Source of the DNA: Felis catus
Taxonomy: Eukaryota
DNA length: 64,000 bases
Assembly (NCBI RefSeq): GCF_018350175.1
Contig: NC_058368.1
Span: forward strand, 238,888,001-238,952,000
Direction: 5' to 3'
This document shows positions 50,705 to 62,074 of this stretch, piece by piece; within the stretch, counting starts at the first letter, position 1, and each line of letters starts with the position of its first letter. The position numbers were made by a program, and so were the translations under genes. The notes below the pieces were generated by a model. It did not search any database. It worked only from the letters and a program-made list of their open reading frames with translations, and had not been told where the DNA came from.

Positions 50705-50870
50705 ACATTACAGGAATTTAGGGATGAGCTAAAGCATATAATGCAAGAAAAAGAAAACCATTAAAAGCTTCAGACAAAACAAAATGGTGTACAAGATCAT
50801 GTAATTTCTAGCACATTATAAGCAACGTAAACACAGTGTATTGATTTTTGCCCTTTAAAATCAACCCACA

Positions 50871-51085
50871 GGGGTGCCTGGGTGGCTCAGTCGGGAGTCT
50901 GACTTCAGCTCAGGTCACGATCTCGTGGTTTGTAGGTTTGAGCCCCACGTCGGGCTCTGTGCTGATAGCTCAGAGCCTGGAGCCTGCTCTGGATTCTGTG
51001 TCTCCCTTTCTCTCTGCCCCTCCCCTGCACACTCTGTCTCTCTCTCTCTCAAAAATAAAGAGACATTAAAAAAATTTTTTTTAAA
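50871..51085 (+). mobile_element. CanSINE
   Basis: Perfect TSD aaaatcaacccaca (50857-50870 and 51085-51098). Confidence 0.94.
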
Positions 51086-51535
51086 AAATCAACCCACAAA
51101 CCACGAAGACATTTTATGGTCTCAGGACACATTTAAATACTACCAACCATCACAGTGTACGTTAAACACAGCAATGCAGACGCGGGGAGGTGGCACAGAT
51201 GTGGGGCACGGGCAGGCATAGGATCCCACTCCCACGGCACAACTACATACGGCACCGCCAGCACTGACCACAGAGAACTTGGGAAGGATCGTACTCCACA
51301 GGCCGTGAGCACTGGGGTTGGGGAGGAAGGGGCTGTGACAGTCAGCAGTTAGCTACCGCTTAAAGCGCTCACACGCATAAAAGGTGGCGTGTTTGTACTG
51401 TCTGGAGATGAGAAAGTAACTCAAGCAGGAAACAACCACGAAAGTAAGTAGTGGCTGCCTCTGAGGGACAGGCCAAGGAGTAGACAAGATGCTGTGACTT
51501 CCTATCGCTACTTGACTTTACATGTTACTACTTTA

Positions 51536-51778
51536 TTTTTTTTAATTATTTATTTATTTGTTTATTTTTTACATTTTTTAATCTATTTTTGAGGGAGAGA
51601 CAGAGCACAAGTGGGGAACAGGCAGAGAAAGAGACAGAGGGAGAAACAGAATCCGAAGCAGGCTCCAGGCTCTGAGCTGTCAGCACAGAGCCCGACGTGG
51701 GGCTCGAACCCACAAACCGTGAGATCATGACCCAAGTCGAAGTTGGATGCTCAACCGACTGAGCCACCCAGGCGCCCC
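51536..51778 (-). mobile_element. CanSINE
   Basis: Perfect 17 bp TSD tacatgttactacttta (51519-51535 and 51779-51795). Confidence 0.95.
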
Positions 51779-52039
51779 TACATGTTACTACTTTAGTAAA
51801 CATTTTAATATTATAAAATAAATATGGAAAACGTGGACAACGGGGGAGAAATCCCCGTCCCACCACCATTTCCTTGAGCCCCCGTTGGTACCTGAGCATT
51901 TCTTCTTTCCTCCTTTGCACGTCTGCCCTTGAAGTGGCAATCAGCACACAAAGAAGCTCCTATCTTTTAGGTAAACATTCTATCAACAGGCAGGTCTGAA
52001 CAGCTTCTCTCAATGTTCAAATACCACTTCTGTTCATAC

Positions 52040-52148
52040 CTTCCAACTCTTAAAACAGCTGGGAAGCTCTGCTTTGAGTCCAGTGATTCCTCTGATGCAA
52101 AATGCAACTGGGATGCTTTCCGCTCACTCTCTCTCACGGGACGATCAT
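52040..52148 (-). CDS. CEP72: CEP72 exon 4 (DDRPVRESERKASQLHFASEESLDSKQSFPAVLRVG)
   Basis: ccctAG acceptor; AG|gtatga donor; 109 nt, phase 1 to 2. Confidence 0.93.
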
Positions 52149-53849
52149 CTAGGGAGAAGATGCCAGAGAACTAGCAAACACCACCAAGAAGCAGGTGACA
52201 GGCCCCCAACGACCCAGCCCCACAGGGGCACCTCCTAGCAGCCTTGAAGCACATCATCCTTCCCTTGGGAATGAAGGTGCCCCCGTCACCCACCCTGCAG
52301 CACACTGCACGGGACCAGCACTGCCACCCCTGGCTCAGGGACCTTCCATCCCCTGGGGCCAGTCCTGCCACAAGCATCCCCTGTTAAGTACTGGGTAGAC
52401 CCAGTAAAGGAATGCTGGGTTCTGGTGGCTACACTTGGTTTCCCAGATGACAAATACCGATTCCAAGAGGGTCGGCCTCCTCCCACAAAGCTACTCCTCA
52501 GACACTACTGTGGAGGCCGGCTGCTGCCCATGGGAAAAGAAATACACATGCAAGTTGACACACAGGCACGTCTTTCTCGGCACGTCTACCTCCTTTCTAT
52601 GCATGTTCTCGGTGCTGGATGAGGTTCTGGAACCACACTGAGCACACCTGAGATGTCTCCGTGGATGAGAATCCTGAACATGCTGAAGAGTGAATGTGGT
52701 GGCTGTGTGTCTGGGCCTAGGGTGTGCATCCTCAGATCCAGAGTTTCAACTGTCCCCACACATGAGCCCTGAGCCCCAGAAGGCCTCTGCTCACTTGTTA
52801 CTGCTGGGTCTTCCCCCAGAAAACCTGAGAGTCAGATGGTTCCCAATACTAAAAGTCAATGCTGTGCAACTTTTCACACATCCTACCACAGAACTAACGT
52901 CACAAATGGTTAAATTCCAAAGCTGCCTCCCAAAGAGCATTTAATGGAGGCACACCCCAACCGCCCCTCAGCCTCACCAAGCAGTGCACTGGCCCTCAGG
53001 ATTGAGGATGCACTGTCATCACTGGGGACACCGAACAACACTGCCCTTCAAGCAGACATTCCCACACCCCCAATACCCAGCACTTAGCTCCCTTCATGGA
53101 GGAGGAGGATTGAGCATACAAGGCTCCTTCTCCTTCTTCATGCTCCGTGTGCCCTGGTGCTCACACTCCAGATCTCTCACTGGAGGTGCAACACGGGGAG
53201 CATCAGCAGTGCCACCGGCGAGAACGCTCATGGCAAAGACAACTCCTGGTAGCCGGGCAGGTGGGTGGGAAGGTGCCGCTATGGATGGCCTCCCCAAGCA
53301 TGAACCTCCCAGCTGGTACGACCACTGGGCACCCTGGGAGCTCTGCCTGCAAGCCTGACACAAAGATCTGTTTCTTTTAGGGACATGGGCTACTAAGCCA
53401 GTGGGTAGCTACACCTGCCAACAGGACCTCACACTCTCCCATCACTATCACCTGGGGGAGGGGAGGGCACATGAACCTCTCTTCCTACAACCTTCTAGGC
53501 AGATGTGAAACAAGGTAAAATCCAACCGCCTGGCTGAGCCTGAGATGAAGCCCAGGGAGTCACGCACAGAAATGGCACCAGATGTTCAGAGAACACGTCC
53601 AAGCCAATCACCTAGAAAGTGGAGGGCCAGAAAGGGACAGAGCAGCCTGGCCCACACCTCTGCTCATGGCCCCCCCCACAGGTGTCTGTGGCCAGAGTTC
53701 CTGGCCATCCCCCCAGGCAGCGCTCCCACGAGACTCACGCTGGGAGACACAGGGACTCCACCAGGGGAGTAGAAAGTCAACTTCTGAGAGCACAGAACAC
53801 CTATTAGGGCTCCCATGAGCAAGGGTGTGAGCACAGCTGTGGCGCCTAC

Positions 53850-54042
53850 CCAGCTGCCTGAGCTTCGGGAGCATGTGCACGACAAAAAGGCGGTAATCAG
53901 ACTCGTTCTTCACCACAGGGTTCAGCCGGAAGTCCACGTCTGTAAGCTCCGTCAAGGCGTGGAGCTGAAGCACTTCGGCTAACGAGGAGATGCGGTTGTA
54001 GTAGAGACTGAGGCTTTCCAGCGCAGTCAGGTACTGAATGCC
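53850..54042 (-). CDS. CEP72: CEP72 exon 3 (GIQYLTALESLSLYYNRISSLAEV...DFRLNPVVKNESDYRLFVVHMLPKLRQL), LRR and LRR cap
   Basis: ggcAG acceptor; G|gtagg donor; 193 nt, phase 0 to 1. Confidence 0.95.
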
Positions 54043-54950
54043 CTGCCAACGGGGCAGAATGCAGCATTAGTTTATGCTTTGAAAAATAAACAGCGAGATG
54101 GGCCATCAATACGAACCAACACCAACCTAACAGAGGCACCCGCGAGCGACCACATGCCACTGCCAGGAGGAGCACAAAGACGGAAGGCGCTCCGAGCCAT
54201 GCAGGTTCGGGATGCCACGTCTGCAGCAGCGCAGACCGCGGAGGACAGCCCGTATCTGCGGAGTTCTCACAACTTCATTCAATCCGCACACAACCCCACA
54301 CACTAAGAACTGTTACTGCTCCAATTCTACAGATTAGAAAACAGCCCGGGGAGGTTGAACAAGGGGCCGGCCCTGGGTGTGCCCTGGACTGAAACTCCCG
54401 GGTGACGCCGACCAGGCTCCAAGCGCTCTCTATAACGTGAGGCAGAAGCCTCCTCTCCAGGAAGTCGTGGGCAGTGTTTACACAATCCCCCCCCCTCCCA
54501 CCACCACCTGGGTGATTTCTCACTCCCTCATCAGGACCAAGGGCTTCCCAGGATGCCCTGCACACACGGCACTGCCACTTAAGGGTCTGAGGCCAGATGT
54601 GAAGTGCAGAATGTGGATGGAAAAAAACACAGCTGAGACAGGGATGGACAGTGACCAGCCCACAAACACTAGTCTTTCGGGCCTTATTGCCTCTAAAGAT
54701 ACAGCCGTCTTCATCGGAGATATGAGTTTCAGTTGTCAAAGTAGTTTAAAGGTGTAATGAGATGTGTATGAAATCTACAGCTCATAACGAACACAAGAAA
54801 AACAACGCAATATTGCAACCGTTGTTAAGTGTATGGTCTACATATATTATAAGCAAAGTTATAAAACATACTGCATTGTTACTATAAATGTACTTTCCAC
54901 TGCTACTGACAGCAATAAAATTTCTTTCAAGAAAAAAACCTAAAACTTAC

Positions 54951-55078
54951 CTCTAGACTCACCAAGGAGTTGCGTGAGAGGTCTAAAGATTTTAGGCCAG
55001 TTAAGTTCATCAAAGAATTTCCTAGGTGAGTAATCTTTTCTTGGTAAGTTCCAGGAATAGATAATGACCGAAGTTCAG
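54951..55078 (-). CDS. CEP72: CEP72 exon 2 (ELRSLSIPGTYQEKITHLGNSLMNLTGLKSLDLSRNSLVSLE)
   Basis: tcttAG acceptor; GAG|gtaagt donor; 128 nt; LRR motif LKSLDLSRN. Confidence 0.95.
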
Positions 55079-55157
55079 CTAAGAATAGAAAAATCATGAG
55101 ATTTTCACCTTCCTTTTCAGTGAAAATATATTACTGTAATAAGAATGAGCTACAGCA

Positions 55158-55360
55158 GGGGCGCCTGGGTGGCTCAGCCGGTTAAGCGGCCGACTTCAGC
55201 TCAGGTCATGATCTCACGGTCCGTGAGTTCGAGCCCCGAGTCAGGCTCCGTGCTGACAGGCCAGAGCCTGGAGCCTGCTTCGGATTCTGTGTCTGTCTGT
55301 CTGTCTGTCTCTCTCTCAAAAATAAATAAACATTAAAAAAAAAAAATTAAAAAAAAAAAA
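55158..55360 (+). mobile_element. CanSINE 80 nt upstream of the CEP72 exon 2 acceptor
   Basis: Perfect 17 bp TSD aagaatgagctacagca. Confidence 0.95.
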
Positions 55361-55879
55361 AGAATGAGCTACAGCAACCTCAGAATCTGAAAAGTCACAA
55401 GAACAATGTAACTCCAAGTCTGAGTACTGATACTACAGGAGAAATGCATGCAAGCTTCCAGCTCACGTTTATCTCCAAAATGCCTCCATGCCCACGCATG
55501 CCCTGCTCCCCACACCCCTGCTTCTCCCCTCAGACACTCTTCCACTAGGAATATCTTCCTAACTGGGCCCCCACTTCGACTCGTGGCTGCTTCACTCTGT
55601 CACCTGTGGAGCCCCCATGCAGGGATCACAATTCGAAAACCAATGGTGAGCTAACGTGACAACTCCCTGACAGTTACATGCAAGGGCACAGTGTGTGCTC
55701 TATGCACCATGTGCCTCTGCGTGCCATTAAATGAATGGCAGCCATTAAATGAACGTTGCTACAAAAATAAGTTTCTGTGATCAAAAAGACAGTTTGGGTC
55801 TGAGCACACCAGTACTTTCCCAGGAAGAATTATGTTTTAAAACACATCTTAATTAAATTTAAAATTAATTTGTGGGCTT

Positions 55880-58800
55880 CCATTTCCAGACAAGACAGAG
55901 TAGACCCATTTCACCCCACTCCTACTCAGGTACTACACCTAAGTGCCTGGAAAACAATATATGAAACAAGCACCAGACAAATCTGGAGGGTGGGGAACGG
56001 AAGGCCAACTGTTTAGGGACCTCAAGAAAACAGTCCAGCAGTGAGGGCCCTGTGCTGGTTTGGGGTCCTTTTTGTCTCCCATATGTCCCAATATGAGTGC
56101 CAAAGAAGCTGGTGACACACAGACACCATGGACACTGACTGAAAAGTAAGGATAAGCCTGCTGCCCATGGTAGAAAGACCAGGAAGGGGCAGCGGTGGAG
56201 GAAGGACTCCTGAAATCAGCCCCACTCTAGCTCAAGAGCCAGCAAAAAAAAACAAAAAACAAAACACACCACATACCTGGCCTTGCACAGTGGCCAGCCC
56301 TGGGACAGAGTGAGAGGATGCTGATTACCACCTGGGTTGCAAGGAGGTGGCCCACAGGCATCTACAGAGGCTGCGTGTGTGACAGGAGCCTGGCCACTAC
56401 CTTAGGAACAAGGCAGCGCCCGCTCAGTGCCAATGTGTAACAAGATTCAAATAAGAAACAAGTCTCTCAATACCCAAAATGTCCGTGACACAAGAAAAAA
56501 ATGACCAAAACCTGAAAAAAATCTCAATTTAAATAGAAAAACAATCAACACCAACACTGACAGGACAGAATTATTTAACAAGAATTTTAAAGCAATACTT
56601 TAATGAACAATTATGAACACTCTTGAAACAAACGATAAGATAGGAAGTCTTGGCAAAAAAACCCCATAAGATATAAAGAAGAAAAAAATAGGAATTTCAG
56701 AAACATAAAATACAATAACCAAAACAAAAGTACCACACAGAAGCAGCTCAGTAACAGCATGGAGATAACAGAAGAAAATATTCAAAGAGTGAATGCAAAG
56801 ATAGACTGGTCAAAATTGTCCTATCTGACCAGCAGGGAGAAAAGAGACTTAAAAAAGAAGAGAAAGAAAGAATGAATGAACAGAGCCTCAGGGGCCCATG
56901 GAAAAAGAAACCTAACATTTCTGTCATGAGTCCCCATGCAGTCCCAATTAGAGTTCCAAGAAGAGAATGATAGTATGACTAAGAAGAAAATGTTTAGCAA
57001 TTACAGAAATAATGGCTGAAAACTTACCAAATTTGGCAAAAGACATAAAGCTATATATTCAAGAAGCTGAGAAAACCCCAAACAGAATAAAGACAAAAAA
57101 AAAAAAAAAAAAAAAAGCCATGCCCAGATACATCAGAAATAAACTTCTACAATCTAAAAACAGTGGAAGAGGGGCATCTGAGTGGCTCAGTTGGTTAAGC
57201 GTCCAACTTCAGCTCAGGTCATGATCTCGTGGTTTGTGAGTTCAAGCCCCACATCAGGCTCTGTGCTGACAGCTGTGTCTCCCTCTCTCTCTGCCCCTCC
57301 CCTGCTCACGCTCAGTCTCTCTCAAAAATAAATAAACATTAAAAAAAAATTAAAACAATGAAAGCATCTTGAAAACAGCCAGAAAGAAAAGGCATTACCC
57401 ATAGAGAAAAACAACTCACAAGGCAGGTGATTATCCTTCAGAACCAAGGAGGCCCGAAGGAAGGAGAGCCACATTTTCCATGTGCTGAAAGAAAAGAACT
57501 TTCAACCATGAAACCTGTACCCAGCAAAAACAATCTTAGGTACTGAAGTGAAATAAAGATAATTTCAAATGAAGAAACACAGAGAGAATCTGTCATGAGT
57601 ACACCTGCCCTAAGGCAACTGCTACAGAAAACTCTTCAAATAAATAGGAAGGATAAAAGAAGAAAACCTAGGTCATCAGAAATGAAGGAATAATGAAACA
57701 GGTAAGCATGTAAGTAAAAATGTTTCCTCCTGAGTTATTTACAATTTTGGATGACTGTAAAAGAAAAAAGTGATTAATGTGGTTTTCAAGGTATGCAAAG
57801 AAAATGTTTAAGATCACTAAATTATAAAGGATAATAAAATCAAAGGACACATTGGGTAAGGTTTCTACATTTCACTGGAAGGGGTAAAATGTCCACACAA
57901 GGAGACTGTGTTAAATTACATAATACATTGTAACTTATAGAGCAACCACTAAAAATAGGTATACAAAGAGATATGCTCAAAAATATAATAGAGAAGTCAA
58001 AATGGAACACTAAAAAAATACTCAAATGGCAGAAGGCAGGAACAGGGAAAGAACAGAAAATAATAAAATGGCATACTTCCAACTATCCTATATTAACAAT
58101 TCCATTAAATGTAAATGGTCTAAATACACCAGAAAAAAGAGATTGGCAGAGTAAATAAAAATGAACCAACTATAAACTGCCTATAAGAACCTCACTGCAA
58201 ATATAATGATACAGATAAGTTTAAAGATTACACAGTAAATAGAGGGGAAGGATATGCGCTGAAAACACTAATCAAAAGTAAGCTGCAGTGGCTACACTAC
58301 ATGCCTCAACAAAGAAAATCATCAGGGACAAAGAGCAACAGCACATATGTTACAAGGGTCACTTCAAACCCTAAATATGTAGGCACAGTGTCAAAACATA
58401 TGAAGGGAAACAGAGAAATCAACAATTACGGTTATGGACTTCAACACTTCAACTCCCAGTAACTAATACAATCACTAGACAGAAAATCAACAAAGATACA
58501 GAAGAACTAAACCTCATCATCAGCCAACAGGATCTAATTGATATTCACATAATACTCCACCCAACAACTTTCTTTTCAGGTGCACTTGGAACATTCACCA
58601 ATATAAACCAGATCCTGGACCCAAAACAAACCTCAACAAATTTAAAAGAATTAAAATCATAGAGTATGTACTCTGACCATAATGGAATCACACTAGAATC
58701 AATAAAAGAAGAGGAAAAAAGGAAAATCTCCAAACACACAATGAGAAAACACACCCCCAAGCAATCCACAGGTCAAAGAGAAGTCATCTCCAGGAAAACC

Positions 58801-59680
58801 TAAAAATGCACTGTACTTAATGAAAATGAACATATAACAAAATTTGTGAATGCAGCTAAAGCTGTGCTTAGAGGAAAACTTATGTCACTAAATTATAAAG
58901 TATAAAATCAGTAATCTAAACTCTCACCTCAAGAATCTACAAGAGAAAACTAAATGCAAAGTGAGCAGACAAAAGGAAATAATAAAGAACAGAATCAATA
59001 AAATTTGAAACTAGGAAACAATGGAGAAAAACCCACCAAACCAAAAGCTGACTCACTGAAAAGGTTAATACAATCGACAAACCTTTACCAAGTCTAAAAT
59101 CGAAGACAGAAATGACCAATATCAAGAATGGAAGAAGGGTTACCACCACAGACCTCAAAAACATTTAAGAGGCTGGTAAGGGAGTAAACAACTCTACACA
59201 CATAAGTTCAACAACTCCTAGAAAACAATCAATTTTACAAATCCCAACCATAACTCACCCAAGAAGAAACTGATAATAAGGATAGTTTTACAACAGAGAA
59301 ACTGAATGTATAATTTAAAAGCTTCAAATATAGGGGCACCTGGGCGGCTCAGATCATGAGCTGGGGGTTTGTGAGCTCCAGCCCCTATGGGGCACACTGC
59401 TGTCAGTGCAGAGCCTGCTTCTGATCCTCTGTCCCTCTCCCTCCCCCGCTCAGAAAGAAACAAACAAAACCAAACAAAACAAAAAAAACTTCAAGGCATA
59501 TATGGTTTCAGAGAGCACCAAATCTACACAACCTCTTCTAGAATGCACATGAGGAATCAACACTTCCCAACGTATTTCAGGTGCTCAGCTTTACCTTGAT
59601 GCCAAAACCAGAGAAAAACAGGACAAAAAGAAAACCAGCGACCAATGTCCCCCATGAATATACACACAAAACTCCGCAGC
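55880..59680 (+). mobile_element. Old LINE-1 block in CEP72 intron 1 with nested SINEs (~57170-57350 and ~59333-59490)
   Basis: ORF1-like MAENLPNLAKDIKLYIQEAEKTPNR and ORF2-like LNVNGLNTP; degenerate. Confidence 0.85.
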
Positions 59681-59819
59681 ACAGAGAGATGGGAGACCAG
59701 AACTCAGGGGACAATTGTGCAACAGGGGCGCAGGGCACGTCTTCCCAGGAATGAAGACCGCAGGTTCAAGGTTTTATTAAAAGCCAACCTGGAACCGCCT
59801 TATTTATGGGTGAAAGAAT

Positions 59820-60360
59820 GCCCCCCCACCCCACTCGGGCCCCGCGCCCCACTCGGCCCCCCCGACCCCACTGGGGCCCCCCACCTCCCCTCGGGCCCCG
59901 CGCCCCACTAGGCCCCCCTCGACCCCACTGGGGTCCCCCGCCCCACTCGGGGCCCCACCTCCCCTCGGGTCCCGCGCCCCACTCGGCCCCCTCCCAACCC
60001 CACTGGGGTCTCCCGCCCCACTCGGGCCCAGCGCCCCACTCGGCCCCCCCGACCCCAGTGGGGTCCCCCGCCCCACTCGGGGCCCCACCTCCACTCGGGT
60101 CCCGCGCCCCACTAGGCCCCCCCTCGACCCCACTAGGGTCCCCCGCCCCACTCGGGGCCCCACCTCCACTCGGGTCCCGCGCCCCACTCGGCCCCCCCGG
60201 CGCCCCCCACCTCCACTCGGGCCCCGCGCCCCACTAGGCCCCCCTCGACCCCACTGGGGTCCCCCGCCCCACTCCGGGCCCCACCCCACTCGGGCTCAGC
60301 GCCCCACTCGGGCCCCCCGGCCCCACTCGGGCCTCCCACCCCCACTCGGGTCCCCTCGCT
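59820..60360. repeat. CpG-rich ~17 bp minisatellite in CEP72 intron 1
   Basis: Repeated ccccactcgggccccgcg / ccccactggggtcccccg units. Confidence 0.93.
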
Positions 60361-60389
60361 CCCACCCCATTTTCCCCACCACCTCACAC

Positions 60390-60850
60390 CCGCCTTCGAC
60401 GGTTCAGGAAGACGCGGTCCGGGCGCCGCGTCTCTGGCCGGACCCCGTCCGCCGACCCCGCGGCGGGAAGCTCGCGCCCCCAGCCCGCCCGCCGTCACCG
60501 CCACGCACACAGGTCGCGGTGAGGCGCCAGGCCGCTCTTCTCCCGGATCTTCTCTTCACACAGCACCAGCCACGGGCCCGCAGGCGCCATACTTTCAAAC
60601 GGCACGCACCTGTGTCCGCGCCTGCGCAGTGGGGCCGCCGCGGAGCCGCGAGGGGCGGGGCGAGGGGCGGGGCGAGGTGGTTCGGTCCTCGGTCTCTGAG
60701 CTCCCCAGCTCTGCCCTCGCTGAGAGCAGTGCCCTCCCCAGGAAAGCCTACCAGGCCGTGGGGAGCCTAACCCACCGGGAGACCCCGCACGTAGGGTCAC
60801 TCGGAGGCGGCCGGTGACGTCTGGGGTCCGAGCTTGTGGCTCTCCCTCTG
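60390..60850 (-). promoter_or_regulatory. CEP72 CpG-island promoter
   Basis: Dense CpG; tandem GC boxes ggggcgggg at ~60652-60673; NRF1-like gcgcctgcgca at 60618-60628; TTTGAA at 60599-60594; no TATA box seen. Confidence 0.85.
60509..60590 (-). CDS. CEP72: CEP72 exon 1, coding part (MAPAGPWLVLCEEKIREKSGLAPHRDL)
   Basis: ATG at 60590 with A at -3; donor T|gtgcgt; 82 nt, phase 1 fits exon 2. Confidence 0.92.
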
Positions 60851-61875
60851 ACCCGGAGGTTCGTGGCCTGTCAGTCCCTCTAGGGCCTTTGAGCGTCAGG
60901 AGGAGCACTTGAGATCTGCAGGGTTTAGGGAAGACTCGGCCGCATCTGCCCCAACCAGCCAGAACCGTGGAGTCACCCTCTCCTCCTCCATCTCCTGGTA
61001 TATGGGACCACCTCTGTTGCCCCTCGCCCCAGATGTGACCGGCTCCTTGGCAAGGTCACGTGGCATGTCACTGCCAGGGGCGTGGTGGTGTAGGGGGGTG
61101 CACACAGGGTGGTGGGGTACAGGCTACCGCATCTCTGCTAAGCAGAGCAGAGCTTCCAACCTCGCGCACTGGGCCCTTGTGCGGCCGAGTCATTTACTGA
61201 GACTGGCGAACACTAGGTAATACTTCGGGCTTGTCCTGGGACTCTGACACGGGTCCCATTCCAGGTACTGCCCGCGCTCCCCTCTCTACGGGTTTGGGCA
61301 CATCCCAGGGCCAGGGTGTGGTCACCGCACCAGGTCCGCTGAGGGGGACTTTGTGCAGGCAAGACACTGACAAACAGCGAGCCCACGTCCTGCTTCAGAA
61401 GCGAAGAAAGGCCAACAAAAGGCTTCAGCTGGCGCCGCCCGAGGGAAGTGGCTTGTCCGGGCGGTCCACACTCCACACACCCACTGCTTCCTCCGCTCGC
61501 GGGTCCTGAGGCTGGACAGTGGACCTCTGCGCACAGCCTGCAGGACAGCACCACAGAGGCAGTGTTTCTGCCGTCGCGGACGCATCAAGAAAGCTTGGAA
61601 AATCGTGTTTTCTGCTTCCTGAAGTATCGCATATTCATTGGAGGAAAAATGCAAAATACAGGAGAACAAAGATTAAGTATTCCAGCACACAGAGAAAAGC
61701 ACCGTTAACGTTTCCACATGTGTCCTTCAAGTGTGTTTTCCAAGCCTGTGTATATTTTACAAAAACGAGACTATGCTGACTGTTCTCGTATTATATACAT
61801 GTGTATTTTTTACTTTGTAAGAACTCTTTGTGTCACTAAATATTCTTCAACATCATTTATTAAACTTCCATTAAA

Positions 61876-62074
61876 ATTTTTTTTAATGTTTATTCATTTT
61901 TGAGAGAGAGAGAGCGTGAGCAGGGGAGGGGCAGAGAGACAGAGGGGGACAGAGGATCCGAAGCGGCCTCTGTGCGGACAGCAGCAAGCCCGACGTGGGG
62001 CTTAAAATCACGAACCATGAGATCGTGACCTGAGCTGAAGTCGACGCTTAACCCACCTAGCCGCCCGCTGCCCC
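61876..62074 (-). mobile_element. CanSINE
   Basis: T tail and antisense body; TSD taaacttccatt / taaacatccatt. Confidence 0.9.

Noticed and set aside
45160..59680. Active LINE-1 or domesticated reverse transcriptase gene
   Set aside because: Many stops, frameshifts and nested insertions; only short peptide remnants remain
59804..60289. Collagen-like Gly/Pro ORFs
   Set aside because: Translations of the intron 1 minisatellite; no sustained Gly-X-Y register
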